A DNA stretch of 64,000 nucleotides from Camelus ferus (GCF_009834535.1 NC_045697.1:83144001-83208000), one strand, 5' to 3'. Shown: positions 51,180 to 64,000, counted from the stretch's first letter. Notes: a model not told the origin generated them from the letters alone. Translations and numbers: made by a program.

Positions 51180-52100
51180 ACTTACATCAACCCTTATTTG
51201 TTTAAGTAAACATTATGTAGATTAAAAATTATTAATGTGAAACAAAGATGGTTGTTTTTATAAAAATTAAATTGAACTATTTAGCAACATTAGATAAATG
51301 AAAGTATGTCATTTAAAATGTTTCCAAAATAGTCTTGGCCAGATCACCATAAAAGATCAGGGGGCTGAGGAGATGAATCATAAAAATCTCAATAAATTCT
51401 GAATTCCAACAGCTTTACTTTTAAAAATTGAAACTGCAGTTTAAGCAAAAACACGTTCTTTGGAATTCTAGTCAGTGAAACAGAATCAAAGAAAAAGCTT
51501 TCATCCCATATCAAGTGATTAGCCAATGAATTAGTTCTGAGAGCTGCTGTAACAAAGACAAGCTAGGACCAAAACAGTAAAAATGTATTCTTTCTGTTTG
51601 TTTATTGGTTTGTTTTTTCCAGAGGTTATATGTCTGAACTCAAGACATCGGCATGTTTGGTTCCTCTTGGAGGTACTTAGGGAGAATCTGTTTAATTACT
51701 TCCTTGGTGTTCCTTAGTTTGTAGATCCTCCAATCTCTGCCTCCATTTTACATGACTTTTCCGTCCCCCTCTTTTCTCTGTGTGACTGGCCTTGCCTCTT
51801 CTTAAAAGGATATTTATTAGTCATTGGATTAGATTCTACCATAATTGAGTGTAACCTCATCTTAATGAGACTATGTTTTCAAAAACCCTATTTCCAAATA
51901 AGGTCACATTCACATGTTATGAATGGATCTGAATTTTTGAGGAACAGTATTCAACCGAGTACAGCTAATAAATTCTATTCACATTTATATGTTTTAAGAT
52001 AAAATTAATGCTTAAAATATGCTTCTATAAATTTTATCACCATCTTTAAATTATTTTTCAATTAACCATATAACCACATATCTCAACTACATTACCTAAA
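51180..52100. mobile_element. Ancient Tigger (Tigger15a-like) fragment split by MLT1
   Basis: 'gttgtttttataaaaattaaattgaa...ttagataaatg...ataaaagat...cataaaaatct'. Confidence 0.5.
51527..51963 (-). mobile_element. MLT1B-type MaLR LTR
   Basis: 'gctgctgtaacaaag...agtcattggattag...ccctatttccaaataaggtcacattcaca...attcaaccgagtaca'. Confidence 0.88.
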
Positions 52101-52340
52101 AAGAGTAAATGATTCTGATCGGAAACATATAAAATATATAGGACTGTAATTGATCCTTACATAGAGAATGTAGGGTAAGTTATATAATTTTTATTACATA
52201 TTTAAGCTTTTAATCTCAAAAAGAAAAAGAACAGAAATAAAGAAGAGAGAAGAAACAAAGACAAAAACAAATATAAATTTTAAAAATATAAAAAACAATT
52301 AAAAATCAAAAGACAAATTGGTTCTTTGAAAATATTAATA

Positions 52341-53449
52341 CAAATGGGACCAAATGAAACTTACAAGCTTCTGCACAGCAAAGGAAACCAGAAATAAAAC
52401 AAGAAGAAAACCTACGGAATGGGAGAAAATTTTTGCAAGTGAAACTGACAGGCTTGATCTCCAGAATATATAAGCAGCTCATATGACTCAATAAGAAAAA
52501 AATAAACAACCCAATCCAAAAATGGGCAGAAGACCTAAACAAGCAATTCTCCAAGGAAGACATACAAATGATCAAAAAGCACATGAAAAAATGCTCAATA
52601 TCACTAATTATCAGAGAAATGCAAATCAAAACTACAATGAGGTATCACCTCACACCAGTCAGAATGGCCGTCATTCAAAAATCCACAAATGACAAATGCT
52701 GGAGAGGCTGTGGAGAAAGGGGAACCCTCCTACACTGCTGGTGGGAATGCAGTTTGGTGCAGCCACTATGGAAAACAGTGTGGAGATTCCTCAAAAGACT
52801 AGGAATAGACTTACCATATGACCCAGGAATCCCACTCCTGGGCTTGTATCCAGAAGGAAATCTACTTCAGGATGACACCTGCACCCCAATGTTCATAGCA
52901 GCACTATTTACAATAGCCAAGACATGGAAACAGCCTAAATGTCCATCAACAGGTGACTGGATAAAGAAGAAGTGGTATATTTATACAATGGAATACTTTT
53001 CAGCCATAAAAACCAACAACATAATGCCATTTGCAGCAACATGGATGCTCCTGGAGAATGTCATCCTAAGTGAAGTAAGCCAGAAAGAGAAAGAAAAATA
53101 CCATATGAGATCGCTCATATGTGGAATCTAAAAAACAAAAACAAAAACAAACAAACAAACAAAAACAAAGCGTAAATAAAGGACAGAAATAGACTCACAG
53201 ACAGAGAATACAGACTTGTGGTTACCAGGGGGTGGAGGGTGGGAAGGGATAGACTGGGATTTCAAAATTGTAGAATAGACTACACTGTATAGCACAGGGA
53301 AATATACACAAAATGTTATGATAACTCACAGAGAAAAAAATGTGACAATGAGTGTGTATATGTCCATGAATAACTGAAAAATTGTGCTGAACACTGGAAT
53401 TTGACACAACATTGTAAAATGATTATAAATCAATAAAAAATGTTAAAAA
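52341..53449 (+). mobile_element. Young 5'-truncated camelid L1 (ORF2 C-terminus, 3'UTR, poly(A))
   Basis: Perfect 12-bp TSD aaaatattaata (52329-52340; 53450-53461); long intact ORF2 segment. Confidence 0.97.
52568..53131 (+). pseudogene. L1 ORF2p C-terminal cysteine-rich segment (187 aa open frame, non-autonomous)
   Basis: [16 protein letters not shown]...[19 protein letters not shown]...[19 protein letters not shown]...SLICGI*; no EN or RT upstream. Confidence 0.95.
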
Positions 53450-54789
53450 AAAATATTAATAAAACCTATAAATGTTTAGCAGCAAGACTTATCAAGACAA
53501 AAGCTAAAATACAACTTTAATATCAGGGACAGAAAAGGGGACATCACTACAGATATGACATCAGAAAAATAATATAAAAATATGATAAATACCTTTAAGA
53601 TAATAAATTTGAAAATTTATGTAAAATGGATGTTTCTCTCAAATTAAATCCCCATCTTATTGGAGCTGACAGAAGAAAGTTAAAAATCAGATTAATTTTA
53701 TATCTATTTAAAAAAATCAAATGTTACTAAAATCGTTGACGCAAAGAAGTCCCCTGGCAGAGATGGATTCAACAATACATTCTTCCAAATATTATTTATG
53801 AGAAAAAAAATCAATCTTATACAAACTCTTCCAGAGAATAGAAAAAGAGATGACACCTCCCATCATGTTTTATAAGAAAGGCAAAAACTTAACACCAAAA
53901 CTACATAAGAATATCATTAAAGGCATTATCACAGAACAATCTCTCTCCTGACTATAAATGCAAACATTTTAAGTTAAATGTCTGCAAAGTTAAACTAGTG
54001 ATATAGAAAAAGAAAAATACATCATGCCAGGTGATATTTTTCTAATGATTGAAATATGACTCTTACATTCAAAAACTAATATAATTCATCATTAACAAAT
54101 AGAAAGATAGAAAAGTCCTATGATTGGATAGGCAAAGAGAAGCCAAGTAAAAACAGAACAAAATGAACAAAAACCTCTCAGCAACCTAGGACACAATAGA
54201 ACTTTCTTAACCTGATAAAGACAATCCACAGACTGTCTACAACATAAAAGAAATGGGGAGGAAAAACTACCAAAAACATCATTCCTAATGATAAAACAGT
54301 GAATACTTTTCCTCTAGTTTGGTAAAAAGTGAAAAATATCACCGTTGCCTCTTTATTCACCATTACGTTGGGGTTTGTAGCCAGCATAATAAAGTTAGCA
54401 AAATTTATTACGTATATAAGGATGCAGGGAAAGGAAATAAAATAGGTATTAAGTTCATATAATTGTCTACACAGAAAAAGTAAAGAACTAGAGACATTCT
54501 CTTATAATTAATATATAAATTTTCTATAGTCTTTGGATATAAATGTGTGTATGAATATGCACATGTATATTATATATAGTAAAATAGAAAATAAATGTTA
54601 ATAACATTATTCATAATACTATCAAAAAATCATAAAATAGAAATTGATTGGACTAAATATAAAGAAAGCTATGTAGTATCATAGCACTGAAAAACTGAAG
54701 TGTATTTCCAGGAAAACCTTTAAAAGACAAATAAATGTAGTTACATACATTCTTAATTTATCACAGAATAATGTTAAATAACATTATAT

Positions 54790-56980
54790 CACTTCATAAA
54801 GAGGTAATTTCATTTCTCCCACCATCAGCCTTTGTGTTCTTGCTGACACATATTTTAATTCTATGTAGGTTGCAAATTTACAATACATTTTCATTATATT
54901 TGCTTTAAACAGCCAATGGTCTTTAAGAAAATAAAATTTTTTCATTAAGCCTAAAGAACCTTCTTTAAATTTTAAGTGCCTGTGCTGGTACTAAAATTTT
55001 TCACCCTTTGTTTTTGAAAACATCTTTATTTCACCTTTATTTTTATAGAATATTTTACTTAGTATGGAATTCTGAGTTGATTTTCTTTTCTGCATCTTAA
55101 AGTTGCCTCATTTTTTTTACAGCCTTCATAATTATCCATCTTTTGTAATGTAGCTTTTTTTTTAATCTCTGGCTACTTTTAATATTTTTTTCCTTATATT
55201 TGATTTTCAGACATTTGATTATGATGAGCTTTGGGGGTGTGAATGCAGTTAAATCTTGCTTGGGTTTAATGAGCTCATCAGATCTGTGAATTAATATCTT
55301 TCATTAGTTCTGAAAAATTCTCAGCCACTATCTCTTCAAAAATTCCCTATCTCCCTCCCTCCCTATTTTTCTCTCATTTTCTGGAACTCTAATTACAAAT
55401 ATGTTAGCAATTTAATACTATCTCATAGGTATTAGAAAGCTCTGCTCAGTTTTTTTTAATATTCATTTTTTCCTCTTTGAGTATTAATTTAGGTATTCTG
55501 TTTTCTTCTATTTTCTTTCTTTCACTATGGACAGTCTGTGGTTAAGTCCATAGAATGAATTTCTCATTTCAGATGCTTTATTTTTCTGTTCAAGTATTTT
55601 ATTTTCTTACACTTCACATTTTTCTGTTGAAATTCCCCATTTACTCACTTACGCATTTTGCTCACCTTTCTACTAGATCATTTACTATATTAACCATAGT
55701 TAAAGTCCTTGTCTTATAATACTAATCTGTGAAACATCTACAGATTAACTTCTATTGACTGTTTTTCCTCTATTATTCATGATTTACATGTTCTTGTTTT
55801 ATTGCATATCTGATTAATTTTATCATATATTGAAATTATGTGTTAAAGAAGAAGAAAGATTAAAACCAATGATATTTAACCCCAGAAAATGACATGTTTC
55901 TTCCACTACTGAGCTGCTTCAAGGGTGATAGAAGGAATCAATATAACATATGCTTCAGCTGGTGCTGGGCATTGTTGCAGATTTTGTTAGATTCACTTCA
56001 CCACTGGCTTCAAATGTTTTGATTTTGAGATCAGAGTATTTCCTTCAGCATGGCTTGGGATCTGAGCACTGGCAAGACTCCGAGGATCTCTCTCTGTTTT
56101 CCAATTAAAAGCTACTTTCCTGAATTACGGAAGATCCCTCTCTACCTTCTAGTTTAGTATTCAGCCTTTCAAGTGACTGGGGACTTCTCTTACTTTTCCA
56201 GGCCTGCCCCTAGCTTTTCACATTTAAGAAACATTTCTCCACCTTGCTTCAGTTTTCCTAGCCTACTATGGGCTCTAATTTTAACAATAAAGTTCTGCTT
56301 TGCATTGTGGGGATTGCTCTCAGCTACCCTGCCCTTCTCCCAGCAAAGAGCACTGTTTACATTTGACAAAACTCTTGTGTACCTCGAGGGAATTTTTCAC
56401 AGCCCTTCTCCATTGCTCTCATTCTTCAACAACTCAGTGTAAACCCTGTACATCTTAAGGAAATTTCCCAGCCTTTTTACCCTGCCTCCAGTCTTCAACT
56501 CACTACTTCCATGCACTCAATGACTGTGTAGCTGAGGGAAATTTCTTTCAGTTTTCTTGCCCTGTTCCTCACCTGTTATGTACCTGGTGAAAGTCCCATG
56601 GCTCTAAGAAGTACCCAATCAGGTGTTCTGTCTTCCTAGGACGTTTAATGCACAGCAATTAGGCACTTGTGTGAAACAATTGGAGGATGGTCACACATTG
56701 AGATTCCTTGGTATATTAAATTAAGTTTTTCAGGCCAAATGCAGCCATTATAATTCCTTAAAAGTTCTGTTGGTTTCTCCTTATGTTATTCAACCACAAG
56801 TTCACTCTGTTCTCACCATATGTGCAAAGAAAAAAGGATCTGTGGGTCCCTCTCCACTCTTAGGATGGGCTCCTCCCTCTTTAGAATATTTACATTTCTA
56901 TTCATCCTACATTCTCTGATGGGTTAAAAAAATTAGGATTTCATAGCTTATTCAATTTGTTCTCGTTAGGCCAGAACCTT
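54790..56980 (-). mobile_element. Old L1ME-type ORF1/5' region, antisense
   Basis: 'aaacatctttatttcaccttta...tatggaattctgagttga', 'gaaaaattctcagccactatctcttcaaa', 'ctggaactctaattaca'. Confidence 0.75.
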
Positions 56981-56984
56981 CTTC

Positions 56985-58010
56985 TTGAAGAGGACACAAA
57001 ACACCCTAACTATAAATAAAATATCATAAGGGCAACTTCACTAAAATTAAACACTTCAATTTATCCAAAGACTCCACTAAGAAAGTAAAGATGCAGTCCA
57101 TGGGCAGAAGAAGACATTTTCATACATAGATATTTTAACTAAAAAACAACTTACAACCAAAATATGGGAAGACCTCCCACAAATCAATTAATAAAATGCA
57201 GACATCACCAAAAAGAAAAAAAACTTTCAAAAACTAGTCAGAAGATTTGAAAAAGTAATTTTCAAAAAGAGGATATACAAATTGTCAGTAAGAATTTCAC
57301 TACACTGTATCATTCATCATAGGGGAAAGCAAGTTAAAACAACAATGCAATGTCACTTCCCACCCACTAATATGGAAAAATTAAAAGAGCCTAACATTTT
57401 GAAATATTGGGCAGGATATGGAGCAACTGGACCGTTATACACCGCCAGTGAGAAACAGGCATCTGGAATACTGTTTGCCAGTATCTGCTAAAGCTCAATA
57501 TTTACGCACCTGACGACTTGGCCCTCCCAGGCTTAAGTATACAACCAACAGAAATGGGTAAATAGATGTTCACCAAACTACATGTACAAGAAAGTTTTTA
57601 GTAGCCCTGTTTGTAATATTTTCTAAAAATGGAAGCAACCCAAATATTCTTGAAGAGTAGACGTTATAATTAAATTGTGATATAATCATATAATGGAGTA
57701 TTGTACAGCAATGAGAATGAAGTATTGTTGCACACAACGTGTGCATCTGAGAGTCATTATGTTAAATCAATAAAGACAGACACAAAAGATATATTTACAA
57801 AGCACAATAACAGGCAAAAATAAATAGAGGCTGATAGAAGTCATAACAACATTTTCCATGGTTGGGTATTGAATGGGGAGGGTATATATGTGAGAGGTAT
57901 CTTGATCTACTCTAATATTCTTCCATAATGTGGAAGTCAAGTATTCACTTGTATAAACATTCATTAAGCCATACGCTTAAAATTTTGGCACTTTATGTAT
58001 ATTTTTCTTT
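56985..58010 (+). mobile_element. Old L1ME/MD-type 3' end
   Basis: 'aaaacaacaatgcaatgtcacttc', 'gcaggatatggagcaactgg', 'ttcaccaaactacatgtacaaga', 'ttcattaagccatacgctt'. Confidence 0.8.
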
Positions 58011-61000
58011 TTAAAACATGGCAGAACTGAACCTCAAACCCCTAAAATCTTACTCAACATGACTAAAACCTTCCCCTTGCTGCCTCTTTATGAAGTTAAC
58101 AATTATCAAGGGGGTTGTCTTTTCTTTTTTCATGTAATAAATACGCACCGTGGCATCAAAAAGTCAATCTTCCTTCACCTGAATAACATGATTTAATTAT
58201 TTAAAAAACAAAACCTCACATCATCACAGATGGACAGATGCTTCAGGGCAAATGCCAATTTTTGTCCTTTCTTAACTCTTCTGATCCACCTGTATCACAA
58301 TTTCTGACCTCTGATGTTTCTTTCTCACCTCCTACCAGTTCAGTTATGCATTTAAAAAGATATTTTAACTTTATTATCCAGAATTGTTAGCTGTTCTGTT
58401 CAGGAATGGTTTACTCAGACAGCAAGTATGTCAGATGGCCAAAATTATTTTCAATCTTGTTGAATATTTGAAACAACTTATTTCATATTTTTTCTTATCT
58501 CCAGTTCATGAAGTGTAAGTTTTTTAGTTTTTATCCTCCATGGTTTATAACTTTTGATTATAAATTTCTTTTCAGTGAGGATTACTTTCTACTAGCACTC
58601 TCCAAACCCTGAGTTGTCCAGGCTGGATTTAAAGTTGCTTTTACCAGGGCCCTGTGGATTTCACCTGTTAAGAACCAGCTGCGTGCCAGTTTCTTGGTTC
58701 AGTGTCCCAGAACTATGGAGACAGCTTTATACCATGTCCCACAGCAGTGAGTCATACCTGAGGTTCAGATACCTCCTTGGTGAGTCTTCATCCTTCCATA
58801 TCCCTACTTAGATGGCTACCTATACACAGCTTCCAAGTTCCTGCCCCTACATGGGATAGTCACAGAATCCTTGACTTACTCGGGGATATACCTGTTACCC
58901 ATATTGTACAAGTTTGAGCATTACACTTGTATTCCTCATTTCTGTCTGAACATTAAAACCCCAACCTCAAAGACCTTTATTTGAGTCTTACAGCCTTCTG
59001 TTTCCTGCTTTGCTGCACATTGACCAAATTATCTTCCAGTTACAATTTAGTCCTAGAAATTGTTCATTCCTTTTCTTATTAAAAAAATTAAAGTATACAG
59101 TTTTAAAGTATTATATTACACCTAACACATATATATGTGATGTGTATGTATGTATTTGCAGTGAGTGGGCTTGTGTTTCCACATTAATTGGTTAATCATA
59201 TTGACTAGAAATTTGTTATATTTGTAATTTGAAATACATATATATATATTTTTAGAAGCAGCACTAACTGAATTCCCAGAGTTATCTTTGTTTATGCAAA
59301 TGTAATCTGCCAAGCATTTTCTAGTTTTAAATTGAAGCAAAATTTGGAAAGAATCCCAAGATCGTGGGCTATTCATCTTAGTCATTCACTTCATATTAAC
59401 TGTAGAATACATTTTTAAAATTCTATATACCTGGAAATATGCATTGATTAGGAATTGTTTGCAATTAGCATGAATATCTATTTTAAAAAATAATGAAATG
59501 CATACATTTAAGTCCAATGGATAGATTTGTTTGAAAATCCTTTATTTCCCGAATCAGTTCCTATGAAACAGAAACCACCCAATCTGCAGCCAGCAGACAA
59601 ACACAGCTAATGATCTGGTGATTTCTGTTATAAAAATTCCACCACTGCTGCCTCCAGCCTTTCTCTTAGATGTGAGCAGACATCCGCACCATGTGCTCAC
59701 CCAACACAGTACACCAGAGCAGATCCCAGATCCCAGCTTACCTTTTATGCAAAGTGCAATATATCCATGTGCATTTGCCTAACCTGAGCCACAAACTTCC
59801 CCTTCTTATGTTAAAATCTGACACAGTAACTTATCTCATGGTGTTCTGTTTGTCCCTGCTCACTCAACCCTGTAATGAGCAAAAGTTTTGCCAGCATCTG
59901 AGGCCACATCATGAGAAGTGCTAAGCTATCTTTGGGCTCCATCCTGTTTAATTTGAAACTTCCTACTCACGCAAGATGACATTTCATATGTTAGGATCAG
60001 TAGTCTATTAAGCTTAAAACTGTGAGCAGAGTCTCCCCTTCCTCTGCCTGAAAGGCTGTTCTAAGCCTTGTACATCCTTGAATGTGTTTTTCCTGTGTTC
60101 TGTAAATCCTCGAGCAAAAGCTTTCCAAATGATTTACAGATTGTGTTTATGTTAGGAGCTGCTCCTTTAATTTCTGCAATTTGGCACCTAGGGCCTTTTC
60201 AAGGATGCTACAGAGGCTAGATTTCTTTCTTCAGGAGGAGTTGTACCCTTGAGGAATATTATTATTAACTATTCTAAAAGGTCACGCTACACCATACAAT
60301 TTAGAAAATTTACAAAAATCGCAATTTTGAGAAAGAGCAAGTTTGCATTATAAATAGAAACTGGACTCCAAACCAAGCTGTCGATTCTATTTATGAAATT
60401 TATTTTTGATACTTTTTCAAAACATACACATAGGATTTCCACAAATGTATTAGTTCTCTATGAAGAATCACATTGTGATATATGTTTGACCCCCCATCTC
60501 GTCTAGAACACAGTGCCCTTCATCTGTTCCTAGCCCTCTGTTTTGTTTACTTCAGGTGAGAGCAGAGACTCAAATCCTCTTTTTTGTTTTAAAGCTCCAA
60601 CCCCAGTGAGTCTTCCAGGATAAGGACCTGCTTCCACCCTCAAATGTCTTCCAAAGCAGTGTTATAAGTCGTCTGTTGACATTTCCACCCAACAATAGGT
60701 TTGTTAAAACCTCCACTGGAATGACTGCATGTGTCTTAAAGAAAATAAAAATATAGGTGGGGATATTTTCAAGAATTTAAAAGGCATGGTTAGAAGTTAT
60801 ACCTGTATCATGTGCTTGGTTTAAAATATTAATTTAATACCCTGGACTATTGACTGTCTCATCTAAGAGTATAAGGCATTTCTGAGCGTTCCAAAATGTG
60901 AAAAGTCAAAAAGATGACTTGCGGTGGTGTGCAGACACCTGGGTGAAATTCTAGTAAATTAACTGCTTAGACAGGCACATTTATGCTTTCACATGAGTGA

Positions 61001-63418
61001 TGTACTAAAAGCTTTCTGCAAGGATGACCAGACTGAATTGAAAAGTCCCATTCAAGCCAGAGTGTATTTTATCTGGGACCACTTCAGGCTGGTGATATTT
61101 CTGAGGACTTTCAAGTGGGCTCAATACACTGAGCAAATTTGTGAAGAAAATTAGATTCCGATTTTATTCAGTTTTTCAGTGGAATAACCCAAGTTAACAT
61201 ATCTATTACAGAATCCTAAGAAGTTGCTGATAGCCAGATGCTATTGTTAGCTCTTTTTCTTTGGTGATTTTCAATAAGCAAAATGGATTTCAGTCACTAT
61301 GGAATGAGAGTATTATATCTGTCTATCAAACTGTCTTGTCTTAGAGTATACATACACACACAGACACACTTTCTAAATGGAGAGTTATTAAACTTGAATC
61401 TAATTGATTTTCTCTCATCTTTTAACTGAAAGAATTTATTTTTCTCAAGCTGATATTATTCCCCAGAGAAAATTTTCTAACCAGTAAGCTTCCATAAAGG
61501 CCTGATAGTCATTTTTCACATTCTTCTAGTTTGTCCCTTTTCTGCTTATTTGGAGAGAGATTATTCTGCATTAGACCTTTCCTATCTGATACCTCAAAAA
61601 AGTCAAAGTGATGAATTATTTATCTAAAAATATTTTCTACAACGGAGTGAGGATTTACAAGCACTTGAGAATGGAGTATAAGAACAGTAAGATGAAAAGG
61701 GGAACCAGCCACATTCTTAGATAGTTTATAATTGTGCTTCATTAATATTATACAGACACTATTCCAAGATCAACTGGTGAACTGCCTTCCATTTTTCCTT
61801 AAAGTTTTCCTAGGTTCCTGTTTGCTTATTACAAAACAAAATGTTTTCTTTGCCATCTCAGCTCACTAAACTAAAGCAACAAAACCACATAAAGAGAACC
61901 CTGCCTTTCTATAGTTTCTTTATATTGAGTGGACAAATTTAAATATGTTGGATGCTTAAAAGTGTATAATTTTTTAAAGTACCATTTTATGTTATATCTG
62001 CTTTGTTGGAGGCAAAACATTTTTTAGAAAGGAAACATTTCTCACTGATGACCTTTTAGAAATTGAATCTCATTGACATGGTCAAAGATTTCTCAAAATA
62101 ACCTGGTTTTTAAGGAAAGGCCATTTTTCTTTAATGCTGTCTTTCAATTTAAAAATCAGTTCATCTTCTCTAAACAGTTTTCTCCCCCCTTGTTTCTAAA
62201 ACGAGCATTCTTTGGAAATTGTAGTGTGTCTCTAATGACAATGTTGCCCAGAATAGTTCCATTGTTAGTCTTGTGCCTGCTCCGCGATGTGCTGCCTGTC
62301 CAGATGCAGGAAGGAGACAAGAGCACAAAGACAGATAATGGGCACTTCTACTCTTACTGATGACACACAGAGTAAATATGAGTTAAATCTGTTCATCTTA
62401 GCATCTGAAAACATGATATTTCCCAGGAACTTAATTTTAATTCCTTTTATTGGATATGTAATTTTGTCTATGAAGATAAAATTCAACCCATAAGCCACAA
62501 ATAAAATATATTTAATGACTTCAAATCATATATGAAAGGTTAGCAAAGTTTCTTCCATTTGAATTTGAATTTACACTCTCCCTTTATCAAAATAAATGAT
62601 AAGAAAGATCTTATTACTTCCACAGAAACAAAAAATATACTTAAGGTTATTTACGGACTGTTAGGCATCATGCCAGCTCATGGCTAAGTGATTTACACAA
62701 AAAGCAAATTTAAGGTAGTTGATGAAGTGATTTTACTTGAAATCACAAATGTATTTCCAGCACTAATTATTTACTTTCACATATTATTAACTTTGTGAGC
62801 ACAGAGGTATAACATATATTTTTATACTTGTGTTCCTTCTACTTTTTAAAAATTCTCTTTTAACCATAATGCTTGTTTTGTGTTAATTTTTGATTTTATT
62901 TCTAGCTTCAGGTGAATGAGCTAAAGGCAATTTTCAAAACTTTAAACATCATTTGGATAACATTTTCTATTTTCTCAAGTTCTTATATTTTAAAATTAAT
63001 TAGTATTCTGTCAATGGATCTATTTCATTTATTTCAATCATGTTGTCCTCTTCTCCCATTGCATATATATTTCACTCTAATGCAGGGTTTTCCAGCCACA
63101 TTCTAAGGATAATTTTTACCCTTCCATGCCATTATGTTGCTGTGATTTCAAACAGTTTCTGCTTTCAAGATTGAAGCTATAGAAGGAAGTATGTGCAATC
63201 TCAGTGCACATTCAGTGACACATTTAGAGAAGCAAATTGAATCAAAATGCTAAGAAACATGAACACATTTTTAAACTCTTTCAGAGTTCACAAAAAATTA
63301 CTCCTCCTCCCAACTTTTGATTAAAAGATGAAAATACTTAAAGGTGCATAAAAATTGCAAAATTATCTCCATGGTGCACAACATCACAAAAAATTGGAAA
63401 CCAATGCCTAGAAATATT

Positions 63419-63472
63419 CATTTTTGACCAATTTGTCATGTTGAGCAATTTGTCATTTTGATCAATTTGTCA
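63419..63472. repeat. 17-bp period tandem repeat, ~3 copies (caatttgtcat[g/t]ttga[g/t])
   Basis: CAATTTGTCA recurs at 63429, 63446 and 63463. Confidence 0.85.
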
Positions 63473-64000
63473 AATCAGCCAGTTTATTTTCAACCAATTC
63501 ACCTATAGTTTAATAGAATCATTCTATATTTTCCCGTGTTAGCACAGAAATTTAAAAGCCCCTAAGAGAGAAAACTTGGTTCAAAGTGAATGTTCATAAT
63601 GTCTTCCAAGAAGTACATTTTTATCTGCTCCCTAGATTCCATTCCTTTCAGGAGATTCAATGACTATGTGTGCAACATAACCTAATTTATGAGTGATTTT
63701 AATATTGGCTGATATTTAATATGAGGATGTAGCATGCAAGGACCTCAAAAGTACCAATTTTACAAGATTTTAGAAATTATATCTAAGATCTATTGGAGTA
63801 AAAATAACAAGATACAGAAAAATATGATTAGCAGGAGTCTACATTTGCACAAAACAGAACAAATCAAAACAAAAGTCTGTTTTTATGACAAAGCTCTGAA
63901 CAAATAGTATTGGGGCCAAGGAATTATAGAGTAGGAAATCTCATTTTTGCTTGGTAGCTTTTTTTTATGTTATTTAGAATACTTATAAACATTTAGCCAC

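Larger units (their letters stand above)
52100..54780 (+). mobile_element. Old L1M ORF2 fragment hosting a young L1
   Basis: 'ttggttctttgaaaatattaata|aaacctat', 'ggggacatcactacaga', 'cagatggattca', 'tacaaactcttccagagaatag'. Confidence 0.8.

Noticed and set aside
52568..53131. Longest ORF (187 aa) as a host gene
   Set aside because: It is the L1 ORF2 C-terminus inside a TSD-flanked truncated L1
58050..59080. Possible old L1ME 5' fragments
   Set aside because: Similarity too weak to assign a family or boundaries
62235..62360. 41-aa ORF with signal-peptide-like start (MTMLPRIVPLLVLCLL...)
   Set aside because: Short, no recognisable homologue or promoter context; hydrophobic runs arise by chance; would need PhyloCSF or Ribo-seq support
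63419..63472. CRISPR-like array
   Set aside because: Mammalian DNA, 17-bp period, no unique spacers, no cas genes

Overview
This is AT-rich, repeat-dense mammalian non-coding DNA (intron or intergenic), almost certainly from a camelid (alpaca/vicuna/camel). That assignment rests on a tRNA-derived vic-1-type SINE and young cetartiodactyl/camelid-type L1 3' ends. I recognise no host protein-coding exon. The only ORFs with recognisable products are transposon relics: L1 ORF2 C-terminus, Tigger1 transposase pieces, and ERVL/MaLR gag- and dUTPase-like pieces. Most of the window is a layered fossil record: L2, L3/CR1, MIR, MER58/MER63, Tigger elements including a near full-length Tigger1, MLT/MER21/LTR33/LTR41-type LTRs, two ERV1-type solo LTRs with perfect 4-bp TSDs, old and young L1s including a twin-primed 5'-inverted copy, and microsatellites. 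Signals that repeats do not explain include repeat-poor blocks that may be conserved non-coding DNA, several candidate exons on both strands (one a 12-nt microexon candidate), a ~92-nt hairpin near 62.3 kb, and a GC/CpG-rich patch with an internal duplication at 46.1-47.0 kb. I found no convincing evidence of a novel biological system. Repeat family names come from recalled consensus similarity, not from a search, and boundaries of old elements are approximate.
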